In this document: positions 9,652-19,336 of the stretch, one piece after another | How the letters are laid out: every line of letters begins with the position of its first letter | Numbering within the stretch: position 1 is the first letter of the stretch | Assembly (NCBI GenBank): GCA_964609075.1 | Contig: CAZSQP010000001.1 | Location: 97,593-161,592 of the forward strand | Source: an uncultured Candidatus Saccharibacteria bacterium | GTDB lineage: Bacteria > Patescibacteriota > Minisyncoccia > Minisyncoccales > GWA2-38-27 | Direction: 5' to 3' | DNA: 64,000 nucleotides | The notes under the pieces: model-generated | Databases searched by the model: none | Told to the model about the DNA's origin: nothing | The model's input: only the letters and a program-made list of their open reading frames with translations | Program-made: the position numbers and the translations under genes

Positions 9652-11331
9652 TCAATCCTCTACTTCTCCTTCAGAAACAGAAGGATCATCCGGGAGAGAA
9701 GTGTCTATTGAAGGATCTGTATCTCTAATGATTTGGTTTGTCCACAAATCTTCTCCTTGAATAACAGCTCTCCTTATAATATTTACAATATCTCCTTCCT
9801 GACTGGAATAAGGTTCTAAGGAAACCTGAAAAGCTATGCGAGGAGCCGACGTAAGAGTACCAGAGCCCGCTTCCATTGTCTCGTCATCCTTTACTCGCCA
9901 GACGATCTCCCTGCTAACACTATCAAAAGTAAAGTTTGATTCTTCCTCTTCAGGAGAAATCTCTCCTGTCAGATCCACATTTCCAGGAAGCTCAGCTCTC
10001 ATCACCACGTCCCTTAGATCGTTATAGTAGTTTTTAGCCTCCCAGACAATGGTATAAGTTGTTTCTTCTCCAACCTCAGGCGGAATAGGACCTGAATTTC
10101 CGAATACAGAATCTTCATAATATCCTTTCTGTAAAGCTACCAGTTTTGTATTAACCTTGGTTTCAAATATCTTCTCTACTTCTGAAATTAGAACTTCATT
10201 CCTTAAAGTAAAGTTTTTCTCACTGGAAGTTGAAACCTCCCACTCGTCTTCGAGCTCAATCCAAAACTCAACTTTTCCCTCCTCTCCTTTTTCCAAAAAA
10301 CTCAGTTTGGAAACATCTCTCCAATCCCAAATAACAGACTTGTCTCCTTCATTAAACTCTCCGTTTTTTACTCTTATTGTATCAAAGTCAAAAGGTTTTC
10401 CCTTTAAATTGGAAACCAAAAACAAATCCTTAAAGGGCTTTCCACTAACATTCCTGAAAAATATCTCATAATGAAGCATCTCCCCAGGACTGGCAATATA
10501 TTCGTCTTGTCCGTTTATTCTCTGGAAAACAGAAAGATGAGGTTCTCCTATCTCTGTTCCCTTGGAAACCTCTTTTAAGAGAACAAATTCATTGTCTTTC
10601 CAAACTCCCAAAGAAGCTTCAAATATCTTCTGAGATCCGCTATCGCCTGACAAGCTTCCTCTTACCTCGATTCTTCCTCCCTCGGCTCTGTTTACCACAG
10701 GAAGATCCCATTGAGTCTTGTCCAAAGAAGAAGGGCTACTACTCAGAAACTCAAAACCCGAAGGGTACTCCAATTTTACCCCAAGGCTAGTTAAGGGATA
10801 ATCAATATTTGAAAAATAGTTTAAAGAAAAACTGAATTCTCTTCCTGACTCTATTTTGGAAGGAAGATCCAAATTGAAAGTTAAAGGAACATCTTCTATC
10901 TCAGTAGTAAAAGCGGTCGAAGATTCATAAGAGGCTTTTAAATTCTTAACCTTATAACTCAACCATACTTTAGCTGTCTTAATATCTCCTTTCCTGCCGA
11001 ATAATCTCCCTTTAAACTCAAAGGTTTTCTCTTGGCCCGGATAAATAGCTCCTAGATCCTCTGCTTCTATTTCCTGCCTCAACTCTTCATCTTCTTCTAA
11101 AAGAGTATCCTGAGGAAACTCAAATATAAGGCGGGGCTCTTCAAGCCTTACGTTTCCGTTGTTTTTAAATCTGACTGTATACTCTACTTCTTCTGCAGCT
11201 TCAACTTTCTCGGGTCCTAAAATCTCAAGTTTTAAAATATCTTTTGAGTAAGGATTTCTCTGCCAATACCAAAAACCAATAGCAGCTAAAGCTAATCCTG
11301 AGATTATTACAATTAGAATAAGTTTTTTCAT
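9652..11331 (-). CDS. Hypothetical N-terminally anchored surface protein with repeated beta-sandwich-like modules
   Basis: N-terminal TM/signal anchor MKKLILIVIISGLALAAIGFWYW, then a long acidic beta-rich repeat-like sequence. Family not firmly recognised. Confidence 0.5.
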   Translation of the reverse strand: MKKLILIVIISGLALAAIGFWYWQRNPYSKDILKLEILGPEKVEAAEEVEYTVRFKNNGNVRLEEPRLIFEFPQDTLLEEDEELRQEIEAEDLGAIYPGQEKTFEFKGRLFGRKGDIKTAKVWLSYKVKNLKASYESSTAFTTEIEDVPLTFNLDLPSKIESGREFSFSLNYFSNIDYPLTSLGVKLEYPSGFEFLSSSPSSLDKTQWDLPVVNRAEGGRIEVRGSLSGDSGSQKIFEASLGVWKDNEFVLLKEVSKGTEIGEPHLSVFQRINGQDEYIASPGEMLHYEIFFRNVSGKPFKDLFLVSNLKGKPFDFDTIRVKNGEFNEGDKSVIWDWRDVSKLSFLEKGEEGKVEFWIELEDEWEVSTSSEKNFTLRNEVLISEVEKIFETKVNTKLVALQKGYYEDSVFGNSGPIPPEVGEETTYTIVWEAKNYYNDLRDVVMRAELPGNVDLTGEISPEEEESNFTFDSVSREIVWRVKDDETMEAGSGTLTSAPRIAFQVSLEPYSSQEGDIVNIIRRAVIQGEDLWTNQIIRDTDPSIDTSLPDDPSVSEGEVED

Positions 11332-11351
11332 AATACTTGTATTTTACCAAA

Positions 11352-12038
11352 TTAAGTAAAAGAGATGAAGTCTTCTGTTATCTCCGCTATTTCTTCTTTA
11401 ACCTCTTTTGATATCTTTATTCTTTTTAACATTTCCCAATCCTTTTCTGCTAAAAGACGTATAACTTTAAAAGCTTCTGTAGAAATCCTCTTCCCTTGAG
11501 AACATTTAGAACAGCTGAAACCCTGTTCTGGATCAAAAAAAAGAGAATGATTAAGATTTTCCCCGCATAAGGCGCATTTATTAAAATCTACCTGATACCC
11601 CGAAGAAGAAAGAAAGTTCCAGGCAAAGTAATGATAAATTAAAAAACCAGAAAAAGAGGAGCTGTCCAGTCTTTTAAAAGACTCTATTAACAACCTCCAT
11701 AAATTCTTGTCAGGCTCTTCTCCTACAATCTTTTTATCTGCAACTCCTGATATCTTAAAAGCAGCTCTCATCTTCTCAAAATCATCTCTAAAACTTCTAA
11801 AAGAGCTTATTTCTCTGGCATCAGTCAGAGTTTTAAAGGTTCTTCCTTGGATAAACTCTATTTCTGTAAGATAAAAAAGCTCTGTAGCAGACTTAAGTTT
11901 TGACTTTATCTTCCTTATAGCTTTTCCTAGAATCTGAAGCTTTCCAAACTCCTTAGTATAGAAAGTTATAATCTGGTCTGCTTCTCCCCTGTCTGTCTTT
12001 TTTAAAACCAAAGCTTGGGTTCTGTAACGTGTTGCCAT
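11352..12038 (-). CDS. recO: DNA repair protein RecO
   Basis: N-terminal OB-fold signature (ALVLKKTDRGEADQIITFYTKEFGKL) and a CxxC...CxxC zinc motif (CALCG...CSKC). Confidence 0.75.
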   Translation of the reverse strand: MATRYRTQALVLKKTDRGEADQIITFYTKEFGKLQILGKAIRKIKSKLKSATELFYLTEIEFIQGRTFKTLTDAREISSFRSFRDDFEKMRAAFKISGVADKKIVGEEPDKNLWRLLIESFKRLDSSSFSGFLIYHYFAWNFLSSSGYQVDFNKCALCGENLNHSLFFDPEQGFSCSKCSQGKRISTEAFKVIRLLAEKDWEMLKRIKISKEVKEEIAEITEDFISFT

Positions 12039-12041
12039 AAA

Positions 12042-14813
12042 TTACTTTTTAATGGCAATGTACTCTTTCTTTCCTCCAACATCTATTTCTTTCTTTGTCT
12101 TCTCTTCTATCTTATCTACTACCTTAACCTCTTTTACGCCAGCATCCTCTTTTAAGCCCTCGTAAACAATATCAGAAAAAGTAGTTAAAAGCTGAGAAGC
12201 TTTATCTTGAGGGTTTAATTTCATTTTTTTTCTTAGAGACTTTACATTCCTTAAAAACTCTCTCTTCTGACCTTCTTTTTTAAGCTCTTCTGTAATCTCC
12301 GTATCAAGCTCCAGTTTTTCGCCTGAAATTACTTTTTTTACATTAACTTCTTCTTTTATTAACTCCAAGAGGTCGTCTTCTAATTTTTCTTTTATAACAA
12401 GTTTCTTTAAAGGCTGCCTTGTCTTAATGCCTGCTTTAGATCTCAAAGCTAAAGCCTGAGCTGTAATATCTCTTACCTTTTTCATTCTCTCTTCTAATTT
12501 TTTATCTGTTTTTCCAGCCGAAGGATAATCTTCTAAATGAACTGATTCTTCTTTTCCCCCTAGTTCAAGATAAAGGTATTCTGCCAAAAAAGGAGTAAAT
12601 GGAGCTAAAAGTAGAGAAAGTTTCTTTAAGACATAATAAAGGGTGGAAACTGCCCCCTCGTCAGAATCTCTAAATCTCTGACGAGACCTTCTGATGTACC
12701 AGTTTGATAAATCATCTACAAAACTGAGTAAAGGACGAGCAGCTGCCACTATATTATAATTTTCAAGATTGTCTACTATCTCTTTGTTCAAGCTTTCCAA
12801 ACGAGAAACAATCCATTTGTCTAAAACATTTTCAGAAGGAGCTTCTTTTAAAGATCCTTTATACATAGAAAAGAAGTTGTAGCTCTGATGAAGAGTATTA
12901 AAGAATCTTCTGTAAAGAGTTTGAACATCTTTAAAATCAAAGCTTTTAGTTTCAGATACTGGGTTTACAGTATAAAAGTACATCCTGGCACAGTCTGCTC
13001 CAAACTTGTCTATCACTTCTTTGGGAACCACAATATTTCCTCTGGACTTTGACATCTTCTGTCCTTTAGAATCTAAAACTAAACCTAAAACAACAACGTT
13101 TTTGTAGGAAATTCCTTTATCTAATAAGGTAGAGATAGCCAATAAGGTATAGAACCATCCCCTGGTTTGATCTATCCCTTCTGCTATAAAGTCTGCAGGG
13201 AAAAGCTCTCCTTTGTCTATTCTTTCTTTATTCTCAAAAGGATAATGCCATTGAGCAAAAGGCATAGAGCCCGAATCAAACCAGCAGTCAATAACTTCCG
13301 GCACTCTTTTCATTTCTCCCCCACATTCGCATTTGAAAGTAATCTTATCTACAAAAGGACGATGAAGATCTTCAACATCCTCCCCTGATTTTTCTTTTAA
13401 TTCCTTCAAGCTTCCTATACAGACCTTCTTTCCGCATTTAGAACACTCCCAAATAGGAAGAGGAGTCCCCCAGTATCTTTCCCTTGAGAGATTCCAGTCT
13501 TTTATTTCCTTTAACCATTCTCCAAACCTCCCTTCTTTGATATGGGAAGGAACCCAGTTTATCTCCTTATTATTCTCTATTAGCTTGTCTTTTATTTCAG
13601 ATATCTTAATAAACCAGCTGTTTTTAGCATAATACAAAAGAGGAGTCTTACATCTCCAGCAGAAAGGATAATCGTGCTCGTAATCTTCTTCTTTAAAAAG
13701 AAAATCTCTCTTTTTTAAGTCCTCTACAATCAAAGAATCGGCTTTTTTAACAAACATTCCCTCCCAAGAATATCCTTCCGTTTTCATTTTCCCTTCCTCG
13801 TCAACTGTCATTAAGACAGGAAGATCATTCTCTCTGGCAACTTTCATGTCATCTTCACCAAAGGCTGGAGCCATATGGACTATCCCTGTTCCCTCCTCAA
13901 CTGAAACAAAGTCAGCTCCAACTACTAGGTAAGGAGCCTCGTTCTCGTACAAAGGAATATATTTCTTTCCTATTAAATCTTTTCCTTTAAACTCTTCTAT
14001 TATTTCAGCTTTGTCTTTAGGATAATCTTCAAAATCTTTTTCAGAACAAATATATGTACCGTCTGAAATACCCTCATGCCCTTTTAAAGAAAACTTAACA
14101 TAGTCAATATCAGGATTCACCGCCAAAGCTACGTTGCCAGGCAATGTCCAAGGAGTAGTGGTCCAAACTAGAAGATAAACGCCTTTTTCTTCTTCTAGTT
14201 CGAACTTTACTGTAATAGAATTTTCTGTTACTTTTTTGTATCCTTGAGCTACCTCATGAGAAGAAAGGGAAGTTCCGCAACGAGAACAATAAGGAACCAC
14301 ATTATAATCTTGGTATAAAAGCCCCTTGTCCCAAATCTGCTTTAAAATCCACCACAAGCTCTCAATATAGTCCTTGTTGCAGGTAATATATGCTTTGTCA
14401 AAATCAAGCCAAAAGCCTATTCTTTCAGAGAATTGCTCCCATTCTTTCTTGTAATTGAAAACGTTGTCTCTTGATTCTTTTATAAACTTGTCTATTCCTA
14501 TCTTTTCAATATCCTTTTTAGTCTCAATTCCAAGCTTCTTCTCAGCTGCCATTTCAGTAGGAAGACCGTGTGTATCCCAACCAGCTCTTCTTCCAACAAA
14601 AAAACCTTTCATTGTCTTGTATCTTAAAATAATATCCTTAAAAGCCCGGGCTACCAGATGATGAATGCCAGGAAGTCCGTTGGCAAAAGGAGGCCCCTCG
14701 TAAAAAACAAACCTTTCCTGGTCTTTTCTTTTTTCTAAACTTTTCTGAAAGATATCCTTTTTGCGCCAAAAATCAAGAATTTCTTCTTCTTTTTTAGGTA
14801 AATTAAAACTCAT
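12042..14813 (-). CDS. ileS: Isoleucyl-tRNA synthetase
   Basis: 923 aa. It has PFANGLPGIHHLVAR (HIGH region), KMSKSRGN and an editing domain. Confidence 0.92.
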   Translation of the reverse strand: MSFNLPKKEEEILDFWRKKDIFQKSLEKRKDQERFVFYEGPPFANGLPGIHHLVARAFKDIILRYKTMKGFFVGRRAGWDTHGLPTEMAAEKKLGIETKKDIEKIGIDKFIKESRDNVFNYKKEWEQFSERIGFWLDFDKAYITCNKDYIESLWWILKQIWDKGLLYQDYNVVPYCSRCGTSLSSHEVAQGYKKVTENSITVKFELEEEKGVYLLVWTTTPWTLPGNVALAVNPDIDYVKFSLKGHEGISDGTYICSEKDFEDYPKDKAEIIEEFKGKDLIGKKYIPLYENEAPYLVVGADFVSVEEGTGIVHMAPAFGEDDMKVARENDLPVLMTVDEEGKMKTEGYSWEGMFVKKADSLIVEDLKKRDFLFKEEDYEHDYPFCWRCKTPLLYYAKNSWFIKISEIKDKLIENNKEINWVPSHIKEGRFGEWLKEIKDWNLSRERYWGTPLPIWECSKCGKKVCIGSLKELKEKSGEDVEDLHRPFVDKITFKCECGGEMKRVPEVIDCWFDSGSMPFAQWHYPFENKERIDKGELFPADFIAEGIDQTRGWFYTLLAISTLLDKGISYKNVVVLGLVLDSKGQKMSKSRGNIVVPKEVIDKFGADCARMYFYTVNPVSETKSFDFKDVQTLYRRFFNTLHQSYNFFSMYKGSLKEAPSENVLDKWIVSRLESLNKEIVDNLENYNIVAAARPLLSFVDDLSNWYIRRSRQRFRDSDEGAVSTLYYVLKKLSLLLAPFTPFLAEYLYLELGGKEESVHLEDYPSAGKTDKKLEERMKKVRDITAQALALRSKAGIKTRQPLKKLVIKEKLEDDLLELIKEEVNVKKVISGEKLELDTEITEELKKEGQKREFLRNVKSLRKKMKLNPQDKASQLLTTFSDIVYEGLKEDAGVKEVKVVDKIEEKTKKEIDVGGKKEYIAIKK

Positions 14814-14847
14814 ATATACTTTATATTAACTGAAATTAAAGATAATT

Positions 14848-15474
14848 TCAATTATAAAAGAAAACTCTCCTTAATAGGAGAGAAATAAAGAAAGTTACGA
14901 GAACCGCAGAGGGCTTGTTAGCATTCCAGTCGTTCTCAAGCCAGTTGTAGTTCCAGTTCCAGCAGCTACCGCTCCAATATAGGTCCAGCACACAGCGGCC
15001 GCCAACAGGGCTCTGGAAAACTGTACCGTCAAAATAGACGACTTTTTCTTTCCAATCCTCTGGGATAAACTCTTGGTTTTCCCAGAGTTCTTGAAAGATT
15101 TTAGCGTCCAAACGGACGTAGCCCGCTTCTTTGAGGCGACGCAGTTTTTCCTCTCCCTTAACCACGCTCTCTCTTTTTGTGAGCATAATTACAAGCTGAA
15201 CCTGGGAAAGATCGATCTCCTGTAAAGCCAGGGACCTTTCATCTTCTTCTTCAATACTCCAGTCCTTGCCCAGAAACCCGGCCGGGTCAAAAAGCCGGTT
15301 GCGGTCAAGAGAGAGAATCTGGGTTTCCCAGGGATTCTCTCTCCTAAGAAACCTCTTTAAGGCTTTTACCCACTCTGGTCCTTTCTCGCCGTTAAGCTTT
15401 GAGACGAGATCCTGAAGCGGTCCGCTCCAGAGCCGGCGGAGCGCTTCTCCATCGCCGAGCATACCTTTTCGCAT
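14848..15474 (-). CDS. DGR-target-like protein (paralog of the 23999-24610 target) with an Asn-rich, TR-like C-terminal repeat and an aberrant C-terminus
   Basis: C-terminus ...VLDLYWSGSCWNWNYNWLENDWNANKPSAVLV aligns with TR/VR ...SVLNWNGLKRNLNLNWFENDWNENCRFAGVRK. It is GC-rich relative to its flanks. A scaffold motif is shared (KEAGY vs EKAGF). Confidence 0.7.
   Translation of the reverse strand: MRKGMLGDGEALRRLWSGPLQDLVSKLNGEKGPEWVKALKRFLRRENPWETQILSLDRNRLFDPAGFLGKDWSIEEEDERSLALQEIDLSQVQLVIMLTKRESVVKGEEKLRRLKEAGYVRLDAKIFQELWENQEFIPEDWKEKVVYFDGTVFQSPVGGRCVLDLYWSGSCWNWNYNWLENDWNANKPSAVLVTFFISLLLRRVFFYN
14896..15000 (-). repeat. VR-like / TR-like segment of the second target paralog (not an A-only match to the local TR)
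   Basis: It aligns codon for codon with TR 23545-23622 (for example cca gtc ... ctc ... cca). Mismatches occur at all base types. Six AAY Asn codons fall within 14 codons. Confidence 0.6.
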
Positions 15475-15503
15475 GGTCAGCTCCTTTCTAAAAGAACTAT
15501 TGG

Positions 15504-15526
15504 AGATGAAGGACCACCCTTCATCT
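15504..15526 (-). promoter_or_regulatory. 5' leader hairpin with GGGUGGUCC core (target paralog 2)
   Basis: RNA AGAUGAAGG-GUGGU-CCUUCAUCU, a perfect 9-bp stem. The 9-mer ends 36 nt before the ATG. Confidence 0.6.
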
Positions 15527-15537
15527 AGCTAATCAGC

Positions 15538-15566
15538 ATTATATAATATAATTAATTCTCTGTCAA
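15538..15566 (-). promoter_or_regulatory. Consensus sigma70-type promoter of target paralog 2
   Basis: On the - strand: TTGACA (15561-15566), 17 nt spacer, TATAAT (15538-15543). The -35 lies within the last codons of the upstream gene. Confidence 0.65.
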
Positions 15567-16136
15567 CTCCCTCAACTCCCCTGTTTTAATCTTTTCTCCT
15601 CCTAAAAGCTTATCTCTTAAATCCCAGGAAGATCTCTTTCCTTCAAAAGAAACTCCTTTTATTTGAGCTTCCAATAAAGTTAAAGGAACCTGATGGCTTA
15701 TAATCAAAATGTTTTTACCAGAATATTTCTCTTCCAATTCTTTAAACAAATCTAAAACTCTTTCTGCTATCTGATTGTATGTTTCCCCTCTTTGGGAGGA
15801 TTCTTTAAACCTGTTTTTCCCTTCCATATGTTTTCTATAATCTATTTCAGGTTTTCCGTTAAAAATACCCACATTATACTCTCTCAATCTTTTTTCAAAA
15901 AAAGGCTCTATTCCTATCTTCTCTGAAACTATCTGAGCTGTCTGTTTTGTTCTTAATAAATCAGAAGAAAAGATAAAATCAACATTTTTGTCTTTTAATT
16001 CTTGAGCTCTCTCTTTAATATCTTTCCTCCCTTTTTCTGTCAAAGGAAAACGGCCTTTTTCGGGCCAAGAAGATATTATTTCTTTAACATTAGATAAGGC
16101 TTGTCCATGCCTTAAAAGAAAGTATTTGTTTTTCAT
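15552..16136 (-). CDS. Histidine phosphatase (phosphoglycerate mutase family)
   Basis: LLRHGQALSN (RHG catalytic motif) and a downstream ISHQ motif. Confidence 0.75.
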   Translation of the reverse strand: MKNKYFLLRHGQALSNVKEIISSWPEKGRFPLTEKGRKDIKERAQELKDKNVDFIFSSDLLRTKQTAQIVSEKIGIEPFFEKRLREYNVGIFNGKPEIDYRKHMEGKNRFKESSQRGETYNQIAERVLDLFKELEEKYSGKNILIISHQVPLTLLEAQIKGVSFEGKRSSWDLRDKLLGGEKIKTGELRELTEN

Positions 16137-17698
16137 TACATTTTATCTGGAGCTGAAACTCCCATTATCTCTAAACTGTTTTTTAATGCTATCTTTGAAG
16201 CTTCAACTAAAGCTAAACGAGCCCGGGAAAGATCTTCTTTCTCCTCTAAAACCTTGCAGTCTTTGTAAAACTTGTGAAAGCTTGAAGCTAAATCCCTGCT
16301 GTACTGGGGAATCCTTTGAAGCTGGCGGTCTTTAGCTGTATCTTTTACAACATCTGAAAATCTGGCTATTTCTTTCATTAAAGCCATTTCTGAAGGATGA
16401 GTTAGAAGAGATAAATCCCCTTTCTTTTTAGAAGCTTTTTCTAAAATACCAGATGTTCTAGCGTGAGCGTACTGAACATAATAGACAGGATTCTTTTCCG
16501 ATCTTTCTTTTGCTAAGTCCAAATTAAAATTTAAATGAGTATTAGCTTCTCTCTCTAAAAAGAAAAACCTAGCAACGTCCAAACCGACTTCTTCTATTAA
16601 TTCGTCCAAAGCAACATAAACCCCTTCCCTTTTTGACATTCTCATTTGCTTTCCTTCAGAAAAAAGCCTTACCATTTGAAAGACAATGAATTCTGTTTGC
16701 TCCTTTAAATATCCCAAGGCTTCTGTAGCAGATTTCAGCCTGCCTATGTATCCGTGGTGATCTGCTCCTAAAAAAACAATAAGCTTTCTAAAACCTCTCT
16801 TAAACTTGTTTTCAAGATAAGCTATATCTGAAAGAAAGTAGGTGGGCTCCCCGTCCTCTTTTACTAAAACCCTGTCTTTATCGTCTCCAAACTTAGTGGT
16901 TCTCAGCCACAAAGCTCCTTCTTTTTCAAAAGTCAGATCTTTAAGCTTTTTTAAAACTTTTTCTGTTTCTTTAGGATAAAGATCTTTTTCTGAAAACCAA
17001 GTATCAAATTTAATTCCCATTTTCTCGACAGTAGGCTTTATCATATTCTTTACAATGTATTCAGAAGCTTTTTCTCCTGCTTTTTCAGGATCTTTTTCTT
17101 TTATCTTCTCTCTTAATTCTTTAATATATTCTCCTTTGTAAACAGCTTCAGAATCCCCCAGCACAGAATGTCCCAAAGCTTTAACTTGGACTCCTTTATC
17201 ATTAAGATAATATTCTCTTGAAACCTTAAAGCCTGATTTTTCTAAAACGTTGGCTAAAACGTCTCCGCAAAATCCCCCTCTTCCGTTAGCTAAAGTCAAA
17301 GGGCCTGTAGGATTGGCTGAGATAAACTCTAGATTCACCTTTTCGCCTTTCCCTAAATTCAAAGAACCAAAATCCTCTTTTAAGACTTTTTCTGTTATCT
17401 CTTGAAGAAAGCCCTCTGAAAGAAAGAAGTTTATAAAGCCGTTTACAACTTCAATCCTTTTTAAAAAGTCTTTCTTTTGAGATGATATTTCCTCTTTTAT
17501 TAGTTCTGCTGTCTCCAAGGGCTTCTTTTTAGCCAACTTTGCTACCTGCAAAGCTATATTGCAAGAATAATCTCCGTGAGCCTCCTGGGAAGGTATTTCT
17601 ATTATAACGTCCGGTAAGGAAAACTTAGAAAGCTTTCCTTTTTCTTGAAGGGAAATTACAGCTTCTTCTATTGTTTTTTCCAGTTTTTCTTTTATCAT
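16136..17698 (-). CDS. argS: Arginyl-tRNA synthetase
   Basis: SANPTGPLTLANGRG, C-terminal YYVQYAHAR and a DALR-type domain. The start is placed at ATG (MIKEKLEK). The track's longer ORF uses TTG at 17725. Confidence 0.9.
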   Translation of the reverse strand: MIKEKLEKTIEEAVISLQEKGKLSKFSLPDVIIEIPSQEAHGDYSCNIALQVAKLAKKKPLETAELIKEEISSQKKDFLKRIEVVNGFINFFLSEGFLQEITEKVLKEDFGSLNLGKGEKVNLEFISANPTGPLTLANGRGGFCGDVLANVLEKSGFKVSREYYLNDKGVQVKALGHSVLGDSEAVYKGEYIKELREKIKEKDPEKAGEKASEYIVKNMIKPTVEKMGIKFDTWFSEKDLYPKETEKVLKKLKDLTFEKEGALWLRTTKFGDDKDRVLVKEDGEPTYFLSDIAYLENKFKRGFRKLIVFLGADHHGYIGRLKSATEALGYLKEQTEFIVFQMVRLFSEGKQMRMSKREGVYVALDELIEEVGLDVARFFFLEREANTHLNFNLDLAKERSEKNPVYYVQYAHARTSGILEKASKKKGDLSLLTHPSEMALMKEIARFSDVVKDTAKDRQLQRIPQYSRDLASSFHKFYKDCKVLEEKEDLSRARLALVEASKIALKNSLEIMGVSAPDKM

Positions 17699-17763
17699 TT
17701 CAATAACAGCGAATACTATTGACAACTATTTATCTAAAATGGTAGCATAAAAGCACTAAACGT

Positions 17764-17800
17764 GGAACGGATATTTCGCATGTCCGTTCCGTTTTATTTT
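17764..17800. terminator. Strong hairpin (ggaacgga / tccgttcc), probable terminator
   Basis: 8-bp perfect stem at 17764-17771 and 17783-17790. It is followed on the + strand by GTTTTATTTTT and lies just downstream of the NYN gene on the - strand. Confidence 0.5.
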
Positions 17801-18423
17801 TCTTCAAATTTTATTTTCCTTTCAAGACGAATAAAGTCTCTAAAACTACCTGCAACAAATTGTTTGATTTCCTTCGCTGTTCTCGGCCCCCGAGCCAGAA
17901 CAATTATTTCTTTACCTGAATTTCTAAGATGTTTTAGAACGGGAAGAAAATCTCCATCTCCAGACAAGAGAACCACTCTATCAAATTTATCTTTTTCTTT
18001 CATCAAATAAAAAGCCATATCAACATCGCAATTAGCTTTCCTTTTTGTCGTTCCGTCATCTTGTTCATATAGCTTAACCGGTTTTAAATAAAGCTCGTAT
18101 CCGAATTATTTAAGTTTTAAGTAAAAACGTACTCTTTGAAGGTGACGATTTAACAACAAAAGCATTGCCTCATTTAATTTATCACTTTTCTCTTTTATTA
18201 TTCTAAACAGATATTTCTCTAATTCTTCTACCGGAACTGTATTATTCTCTAAATAGTTGAAATCGAAATTGTGTATTTCTACACCACCAAAATATAAAAC
18301 TTCGGAAACTTTATACTTATTCCTCAAATAAGCTAAAAGTTTCTCATAATCTATCTTCCATCCCAAGCTCTTCTTCCCGCCATAGAAAAGATTTGAGGCA
18401 TCGACAAAAGCGAAAGTTTTCAT
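17794..18423 (-). pseudogene. NYN-domain (LabA/DUF88-like) protein interrupted by a single in-frame TAA
   Basis: ORFs 18106-18423 and 17794-18018 share one frame. Reading through the TAA (rc of 18106-18108) gives ...RFYLKLK*FGYELYLKPVKLYEQDDGTTKRKANCDVDMAFYL...LLSGDGDFLPVLKHL, a contiguous NYN domain. Confidence 0.6.
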
Positions 18424-18542
18424 ATTTCCTTATTTTACCAAAAAAAAGTACTATGACGAGAGCACGTAAATATATTAATTTACTTGTTATTGGAGGGAAA
18501 GAACAAGTTTCTAAAAGAACTTAAATCTGATAAAATAAAAGT

Positions 18543-18989
18543 ATGAAGGTTTTAGCTGAAAACAGAAAAGCCTCTTATGATTATCAGATAATAGACAAGT
18601 TTGAGGCGGGAATGGTTCTAACAGGACAGGAGGTAAAATCAATAAAGTCAGGCAGAATGAGCCTGAAGGGATCTTATGTTATCTTAAAAGACCAAGAACC
18701 CTATTTAATAGGAGCTGCTATCCCTCCTTATCAGCCAGCTAATGCTCCAAAAGACTACAATCCCAATCAGTCCAGAAAGCTTCTTTTACACAAAAAGGAG
18801 ATAAATAAGCTCATAGGAAAAACAAAAGAAAAGGGCTTGACCTTAGTGCCCTTGAAAGTTTATACTAAAAATGCTAGAATAAAGCTCGAATTTGCAGTGG
18901 CCAAAGGAAAGAGAAAAGAAGACAAAAGAGAGAAAATTAAGAAAAGAGAAGCCGAAAGAGAGATAAGGCGCACTTTAAAAAGGGGATGA
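18543..18989 (+). CDS. smpB: SsrA-binding protein SmpB
   Basis: ENRKASYDY...TGQEVKS...LLLHKKEI and a basic C-terminal tail. The gene is immediately followed by tmRNA. Confidence 0.9.
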   Translation: MKVLAENRKASYDYQIIDKFEAGMVLTGQEVKSIKSGRMSLKGSYVILKDQEPYLIGAAIPPYQPANAPKDYNPNQSRKLLLHKKEINKLIGKTKEKGLTLVPLKVYTKNARIKLEFAVAKGKRKEDKREKIKKREAEREIRRTLKRG

Positions 18990-19318
18990 ATGTTTCGACA
19001 AAAGAAGTTATTCTTTTAAGGCAGGCCGAGCTCTATCTCGCAAAACTGGAAAAACTAAATAACTGCCAAGTTATTTAAACAACCAGCTTTAGCTTTAGCT
19101 TAAAAGCTGTGCCTGTCTGGTAACTCCTGATAGTCAGACAAGGTATCAAATCATCAGGATAGATGATTGTTGGAGCCTCTCAATAATCATTAAAATAAAA
19201 AGAGGCAAAGATATAGGCCTTTTGCCTGTTTTAAAACCTGTATCTTATACAAACAGGCTATGTCTGTAGAATTAAAAGAGTAAATCTTTTGGACGAGGGT
19301 TCAAACCCTCCGTCTCCA
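18982..19318 (+). ncRNA. ssrA: tmRNA (ssrA), one-piece
   Basis: The 5' GGGGAUG pairs with the 3' CGUCUCC, including a G3:U pair, followed by A. T-arm GAGGG-UUCAAAC-CCCUC. 5' GUUUCGAC motif. The tag ORF GCC AAG UUA UUU AAA CAA CCA GCU UUA GCU UUA GCU UAA (19065-19103) encodes AKLFKQPALALA. Confidence 0.85.
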
Positions 19319-19336
19319 CAAAAATAATTTAAAATC

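Noticed and set aside
14896-15000. Idea that the 14.9-kb VR-like segment is a second active VR of the local TR
   Set aside because: Mismatches to the TR are not restricted to adenine positions (for example ctc vs agc, gaa vs aag). The IMH-like end is degraded and no downstream hairpin exists.
17719-17800. A possible tiny sRNA (TTGACA at 17719-17724 plus the strong hairpin at 17764-17790 with a T-run on the + strand)
   Set aside because: The putative -10 is weak, and the transcript would be little more than the hairpin. It is more simply a (bidirectional) terminator or insulator between the NYN gene and argS.
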